This document shows, piece by piece, positions 54,919-64,000 of a stretch of DNA of 64,000 nucleotides; the stretch's first letter is position 1; each line of letters begins with the position of its first letter. The DNA is from Octopus vulgaris (lineage: Eukaryota). The position numbers and the translations under genes were made by a program. The stretch lies in the NCBI GenBank assembly GCA_951406725.2, contig OX597825.1, positions 35,650,001 through 35,714,000 on the forward strand. The letters run 5' to 3'. The notes beneath the pieces are model-generated. The model worked only from the letters and a program-made list of their open reading frames with translations, was not told the DNA's origin and made no database searches.

Positions 54919-56014
54919 CCTCTACTATGAAGATAACTAATATCTTACTTGTGCTGCTTCATATTGCACCTCTTTTGTCATGGTACTGCTACCAATTAGA
55001 GGTGGATATGGCTCTCTAGTGAAGGTTCAACTCTAGGTACAAAAACTAAGACTTGTGATTAACACTTGAAAAGGCTCTGGCTCTATTTGCTGGCAGGAAC
55101 ACCTACGCCCACTTACGTCCAGCTGGGTCTCTAGCAAGGAACGAAGTAGTGGGTGGCAGCACCAGTTGAGTTGTGGTTTCTTCGTCCTTCATGCTTCCGC
55201 TGTTCTCATAGATCCGGATCATATGCACTGCCCTCCTTATTTTGATTAAACTTTGATAACAAAAAATGTGCAGCCAGTCCTACCTTTAGCAGGGAATTAT
55301 ATCACAATGTTTCTCACTGAGAAATACATGGAGAATTTTCATTTCTCTATTTATGTTTCTTCCGTTCTTCGAATTAACAATACCAAGAAAGGCAAAATGA
55401 GAATCACTTCTATAATTGTCACAAGGACAAGTATTATAATAATAATGATGATGATGATGATGATGATTTCTTTTATTTCCCCCAACTGTGACGTATGCAG
55501 AAACATTTCAAGGCCATGTTTCAAAAGAAAAAAAAAACTGTGGTGAGTTACGTAAAAAGAATTGTGAAGGGAATAAAAATAAAACAAGTATGGAAAACAA
55601 TAAGGATGGGAAATAAAGTTGATCTCGAGAACATTTTAATTCAGAACGTGGAAGGTAATAATGAATAGTAAACATTTCCTTGCGTGTTCTACCGCTGACC
55701 ACCATGTTTAAAACTAATGATTTCTATAAAGACACAGTATCAAAAAAGAAAAGCATATTCGGTTGATTCACTTAAAATGTGAAGGTGAAGCTATAATAGA
55801 CTGGGGCGGCAAATTGACAGAATCGCTAATGCATTTCACAGAATGCCGTCTGCACTTAAGCTCGTAAGCTCAAATCTCACTGAAGTTAGCTTTGCTCTTC
55901 ATCCTTCCAAAGTCGATAAAATTAAGGTATCGTTGTTCCAGAAAGGTGGATTTGTAGAACTGTCAAAGTGTTGGACAAATTACATTTGTTCTATTTTTAT
56001 TTATTTTAATTTTT

Positions 56015-58668
<2,654 letters not shown>

Positions 58669-59335
58669 ATCCCCTCGGGATCGGTAAAATATGAACCTGT
58701 CGAGCACTGAGGTCGATGATGTCGATTTAGCCCTTTCCTTAAAATTGCTGCCCTTAAGCTAAAGTTTCAAATTATTACTAAAACTTGTGAGGCAGCGAGC
58801 TAGCAGAATCTTTAGCAGGCTGAACAAAATGCTTCGTCTAATATCGTCGGTCTTTACCTTCAGAGTTCAAATTCCACCGATAATCCACTTTGCCTTTAAT
58901 TCTTTCGAGATCTATAAAATAAGTACCAGTTTAGCACTTGGGTAAATCGTCTAGTCTCTCCTCTAAATATTTCAAACCTTGTGCCTTATAGTAGCAAGGA
59001 TCTTCCTTGATGGAAAGTGCTTAATGGCAGCATTTTATTTTCTCGGGTTAAATTTCACAATCCTCTTTTATCTTTTACTGGTTTCAGTCATTTCATTGCG
59101 GCCATGCTGAAGCACAACCTAAAGCAATTTTCGTCGAATGTATTGATCTCAGTACTTATTTTTTAAAGCCTGGTACTTATTCGATCAATCCTTTTGCCGA
59201 ACAGATACGTTGCGGGAATGTAAACACACCAACACTAGTTGACAAGCGGTGGTGGAGGACAAACATGAAGACCCACATACATATAGATAGATAGATTGAT
59301 AGATACATACATACATACATACATACATACATACA

Positions 59336-59414
<79 letters not shown>

Positions 59415-60084
59415 CACTGGCGAAAATAAATTTAAGACCAATGATAAAAGTTCTATTTCTTACGAAACATTTTGTTACTAACACCATACAAAGTATTTTT
59501 ATCTTTTAAACCTTATGCAGAATTTATTTCTGCAGACAATAACTATTTTTATGCAACTTCAAGAATTCTAATGCTAAATTAATATAAAAGTTTCAAATTT
59601 ACCGGCAAAATTAGTTTAAGACCGTACCATTATAATTTTATTTAAAGCTTAAGATTGTAGCAAAAATGAGCAACAAGAACGAAATACATACTAGTACTTT
59701 GTGGCGTAACCTTTATTCTTAATAATGGCTGAACAACGCCTCGGCATTGAATTCGCAAAGTGATTACAAAATTCTATGGAAATGTTTTGCCATATTTCAT
59801 TGATATAATCGAATAATTGTTTCAGATTAGATGGTTTTTTAGCATGGACTTTATTGGAAACATAATTCCACAAGTTCTCGATCGGATTCAGGTCCTGGCT
59901 CTGGGGAGGCCATTCGATTGCGTCAATATTATGGTGATCAAAAAATTCCTTAACCTTTTTGGCTTTGTGCACAGGACTATTGTCGTGCTGATAAATAGAC
60001 CTCGGAGGCATATGGTGTTAGTAACAAAATATTTTGTAAGAAATAGAACTTTTATCATCGGTCTTAAATTAATTTTCGCCAGTG
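59415..60084 (-). mobile_element. Tc1 (DD34E) deletion derivative with TA TSD and IR/DR ends
   Basis: TA-cactggcgaaaat... / ...attttcgccagtg-TA; 74-bp TIR match (59415-59488 vs 60011-60084); inner direct repeat near 59601-59623. Confidence 0.95.
59691..60011 (-). pseudogene. Tc1 transposase C-terminal third
   Basis: YQHDNSPVH...WPPQSQDLNPIENLW (D34E spacing)...SMPRRCSAIIKNKGYATKY*. Confidence 0.93.
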
Positions 60085-60634
60085 TACATAAATATTGATT
60101 TTGATTTTGTCTTGACCAATCGATAAACAAACGAAAGCGCTAATAAAGAATTATCCAAAATTCTGACTGCCTCCTTTTTCTCAATATATATAGCTTATTT
60201 CAGTTTCTGTTTACCAAATCTACTCACAAGGCTTTGGGCAATTCGAGCCTATAGTACAAGACAGCTGTCCGAGGTGTCATGCAGTGAGACTGAGCCCAGA
60301 ACCATATGGTTGGGAAGTAAGCTTCTTACCACACAGCCACATCCGCGCCTATGATCGATTTTTCATTAAAACTTTATCTATCGATAAAAATAAGCATCAA
60401 ATAAAAATGGAGTTGAATTAAAAGACTCCTTTACTCCTTTATTATGTAGGAATTTCATTGTTTAATGTCATTTCGTCCTAGGTCAACCCAAATTGAGATG
60501 AACAATGATTAAAGGCATTCCAGCTGTAGCTATCCTACCCTTTTTAGGTATATATAGAACTATGTTATCCAATGCCGCTTTCTTAAAAGTGTAAGGTGTA
60601 TTTGGGGGAATTTGCCTGCTATTTCTAGCAGAAA

Positions 60635-60925
60635 TGAAGGCAAATAGCTCATTGGTTAGAGTGTTGGACTCAGAATCATGAGGTAGTAAGTTCGATTCCC
60701 GGACCGGGATGTGTGTTGTATCCTTAAGCAAGACACTTTATTTCACGTTGCTCCAATTCACTAAGCGGTAGGAATGAGTTGCGACGTCACTGGTGCCAAG
60801 CTGTATCGGCCCCTTTGCCTTTCTTTTGGGTGACATTGGTGGTATGGAGAGGGGAGGCTGGTATATATGGGCGACTGCTGTTCTTCCATAAATAACCTTG
60901 CTCGGACTTTTGCCTCGGATCGGGA
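60635..60925 (+). mobile_element. SINE family D
   Basis: tagctcattggttag A-box, aagttcgattccc B-box, tatccttaagcaagacactt core, family D body. Confidence 0.85.
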
Positions 60926-61452
60926 GACCATACAGAGGCTTTCCCGTCGGTTCGCTTTTGATATCATTTGTGTGTGAGAGTGTGTGTGAGAGAGAGGGGA
61001 GGGGGAGAGGGAGGGGGATAGGGAGGGGGAGGAAGGTGAGAGAGAGAGGAGGAAGGTGAGTTGGCCGTGAATGAAAGTCGACAAAACAAGATAGAGAGAT
61101 TTGTTACAATCTCCAGAGATTAGTACCTAACGCGACTCGAGTTCGAATTAAACCAGCAATGGCGATTTTATTTTTAATAAAATAAAAAGAAAAGAAGTAG
61201 AAATTAATGTCACTGATACTTTTCTGGTTCATCATCACCGTCGTTACCATTACTATCACAACCACCACCATAACCTAAACCATCATCATCATCATCATCA
61301 TCATCATCACCATGGACATTACCATCGTTATCCTCCTCCACCACCTCCTCCCTCTCCTCTTCCTCCACCCCACTCTCTTCTTCCACCCCACCTCCTCCAC
61401 CTTCTCTACCTCCTCCTTCTCCACCTCAACACCCCTTATCCTCTTCCTCATC

Positions 61453-61484
<32 letters not shown>

Positions 61485-61596
61485 CACTATGACCACATCC
61501 TATTTCCAGAAACATCCTATTTCCGCCCCCTCCTCCACTCCACCATTTCTTTTTCTTTTGTAATACTCCGTCTTACAACATTCCCATCGAATTCCA

Positions 61597-61651
<55 letters not shown>

Positions 61652-61909
61652 TTCATATTGTGTATGTGGCAATATTCCAAACGAAGATTTTGGTGATCTT
61701 TGCTCAGATTATGTTGATTCGAATCCCACATCCCTAAATTGTTTTCTCTCACTTCCTCTCCCCCCCTCACTCTTTCCATACATACATACAAACATACGTG
61801 TATGTATATATACATATATTTCATGCATATATGTATGTATATGTGTATACATATATTAGTATATATATATATTACCGACATGTAGACATTATATGTATGT
61901 GTGTAGATA

Positions 61910-61991
<82 letters not shown>

Positions 61992-62310
61992 GATTCATCC
62001 CGACTATTGATCAGTATACAGTATATAGAGGATTTCATTTTACTCCCCTCTCCTACTCGATCAATTGGTTTTATTCTCGGCTAGCCAACTAATCCATTTA
62101 ATCTAAGCAAATCGTCTAATTCTTTGAATGTTTAGTTCCAGCTAAGTGATGCTCTCCCATCCCTGTCAAGGTAAGGGGTTTTGCTATCTTACGCCTCACA
62201 TCATAAACGTCTTCTCTATACATACATACTTTTATACATAGGTGCATGCATGTGTATAAATATGTGTGTGTGTGTGTGTGTATGTAAATATATATATGTA
62301 TATGCATATG

Positions 62311-62430
<120 letters not shown>

Positions 62431-62433
62431 CAT

Positions 62434-62525
<92 letters not shown>

Positions 62526-63494
62526 AAAGGAAGTAAGGAATATTTCTTCATGTGTGTATTTAACCCGAGTGTCATCAGTAAATACAGAGAGAAGTCAGAT
62601 GCAAGATAATAATAGTAAATAAATGCCAAAGTAGTCTTACATGCAAGGTTAATGAATGACAGTGAACTAATCCAATATGTCTGACAGACTATTTACATTT
62701 GCATTTATAAATTTTATTTTGGGAAAAGTTCGTAGCATTGTTGTTTTCTGAAGCTCATCTGTTAAGCCTTTTCTTCTTTTGTTCAAAAAAGTAAGAGGAT
62801 AAAAAAGAAATTCGATTGAACTGTAGCAGTGTCAGGAACAAAAGAAGGTTAAAAGATAAACTAAAAGAAAAACAATAATGAAGGCCAAATACAATATTAC
62901 GGAAATCATTTTTTTTTTTAATCATACGGGCCAACAACGGAGTCTTTTCGTATTCATTCAGCCTGGTTGAAATAGTTATTTTATGTCCCTCAAGTAATAT
63001 CCTACCATCTTAAATAAAGGAAAAATGCAACGGACAATATCAATATAGTTTTAGGTAAACGAATATGTGGGGCAATGATAGTTAAAATGTCTTTGATCAT
63101 ATGTCTGTTCGACCAGGTTTAAGCTTGGTCTAAGCAGTAACAGCGAAAACAAAAAAATATACCACATTTTTTAAATTCAAAATTCGGTGAATGTCTATTT
63201 TTGTCTTTTACTGTAAAAATAGATGAATATTTTCTTTACGAAAAGGCAATTAAAATTTGTGTTAAAACGACCACGAAATGCGGTAGTTGTTGAAGAATAT
63301 TGTTCAGCTTTGTTTGGTTATATTTTCATCAGCGCTTATTTATTTCTAATTAGATTTGTCATGCTCTGTGCATTAAATTAAATACGTTTACATTGACGTT
63401 TTGTTTATTTCTACGCTGGAGATGTCATTGTTCTACTATATTTCTAAAAGATTTATTTTAACAAATTTTCAGACTGTTTTCTTTGATTGTCGAC

Positions 63495-63935
63495 AATGCA
63501 AGTTAAAAAAGCAATAGATGGAGCAACCATGGGTTCTCCATTTTGGCTTACGTTTGCAGTGTTTTACGCGGCTACAAGAAAACACAGAAAAATTACATTA
63601 AGTCATGAACATACGTTTCGCATCATGTATATGGGTGATATAATCACCGTAATGGACACTCTGGAGAATGCTGAAAAATAATGGAAAACGTAGAAAACAA
63701 CTACGTACTCAAATTCAGTATCCACAATAAAAGCTTCATCAATTTAATTACTGACTTTCTAGACTTAAACATCTAGAGACAAAAAATCAAACCCCATCCA
63801 CACCAACGATACAATCAATTGCCTATAATTATGTGAAGATAGTGAATGTCCACACAGATATAAAATATCTTCGGTGAAATCCCTACTAAAAGGATCATTT
63901 AGATTCTCTACCACAAAGCTATACATAAAAATCTA
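63495..63935 (+). pseudogene. Penelope-like element RT remnant
   Basis: IDGATMGSP..LTFA.FY, YMGDI (degenerate Y.DD), LKFS, DFLDL, SECPHRYKISSVKSLL..S: motif order typical of Penelope-like RT and thumb. Confidence 0.75.
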
Positions 63936-63938
63936 CAA

Positions 63939-64000
63939 AAGGAGTGGCTGTGTGGTAAGTAGCTTGCTTACCAACCACATGGTTCCGGGTTCAGTCCCAC
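63939..64000 (+). mobile_element. SINE family B head, runs off the window
   Basis: aggagtggctgtgtggtaagtagcttgcttaccaaccacatggttccgggttcagtcccac. Confidence 0.9.

Noticed and set aside
62540-62585. Minus-strand CTGATGA...GAAA
   Set aside because: No stem II and no convincing stem I or III pairing.

Overview
AT-rich eukaryotic DNA saturated with microsatellites and transposon debris. The SINE repertoire and repeat landscape suggest an octopus (coleoid cephalopod) genome; this is pattern recognition, not a database match. No host protein-coding exon, rRNA or true tRNA gene is recognisable, so the window is probably intronic or intergenic. Nearly all ORFs in the track are translated microsatellites. 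Content: (i) dozens of tRNA-derived SINEs in about 5 modular families (named A-E here for convenience), including a 184-bp-period multimer, nested insertions with target-site duplications (TSDs) and a head/tail chimera; (ii) dead DNA transposons: a DD34D mariner (22.9-24.1 kb), an IR/DR Tc1 DD34E deletion derivative (59.4-60.1 kb), a maT-like remnant, a palindromic MITE and a Helitron-like 5' end; (iii) LINE remnants: L1/Tx1 (50.7-54.1 kb), several RTE/RTEX, two RLE-type and a Penelope-like RT; (iv) a diverged tandem duplication at 56.0-58.7 kb. The most notable signal is six minimal type-I hammerhead ribozyme motifs in short non-coding cassettes. Five keep a recognisable core, two of those share a CUGUNGA core variant, and one pair lies inside a long inverted repeat. 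They are consistent with Penelope pLTR or retrozyme-like elements. Coordinates of degenerate repeats are approximate.
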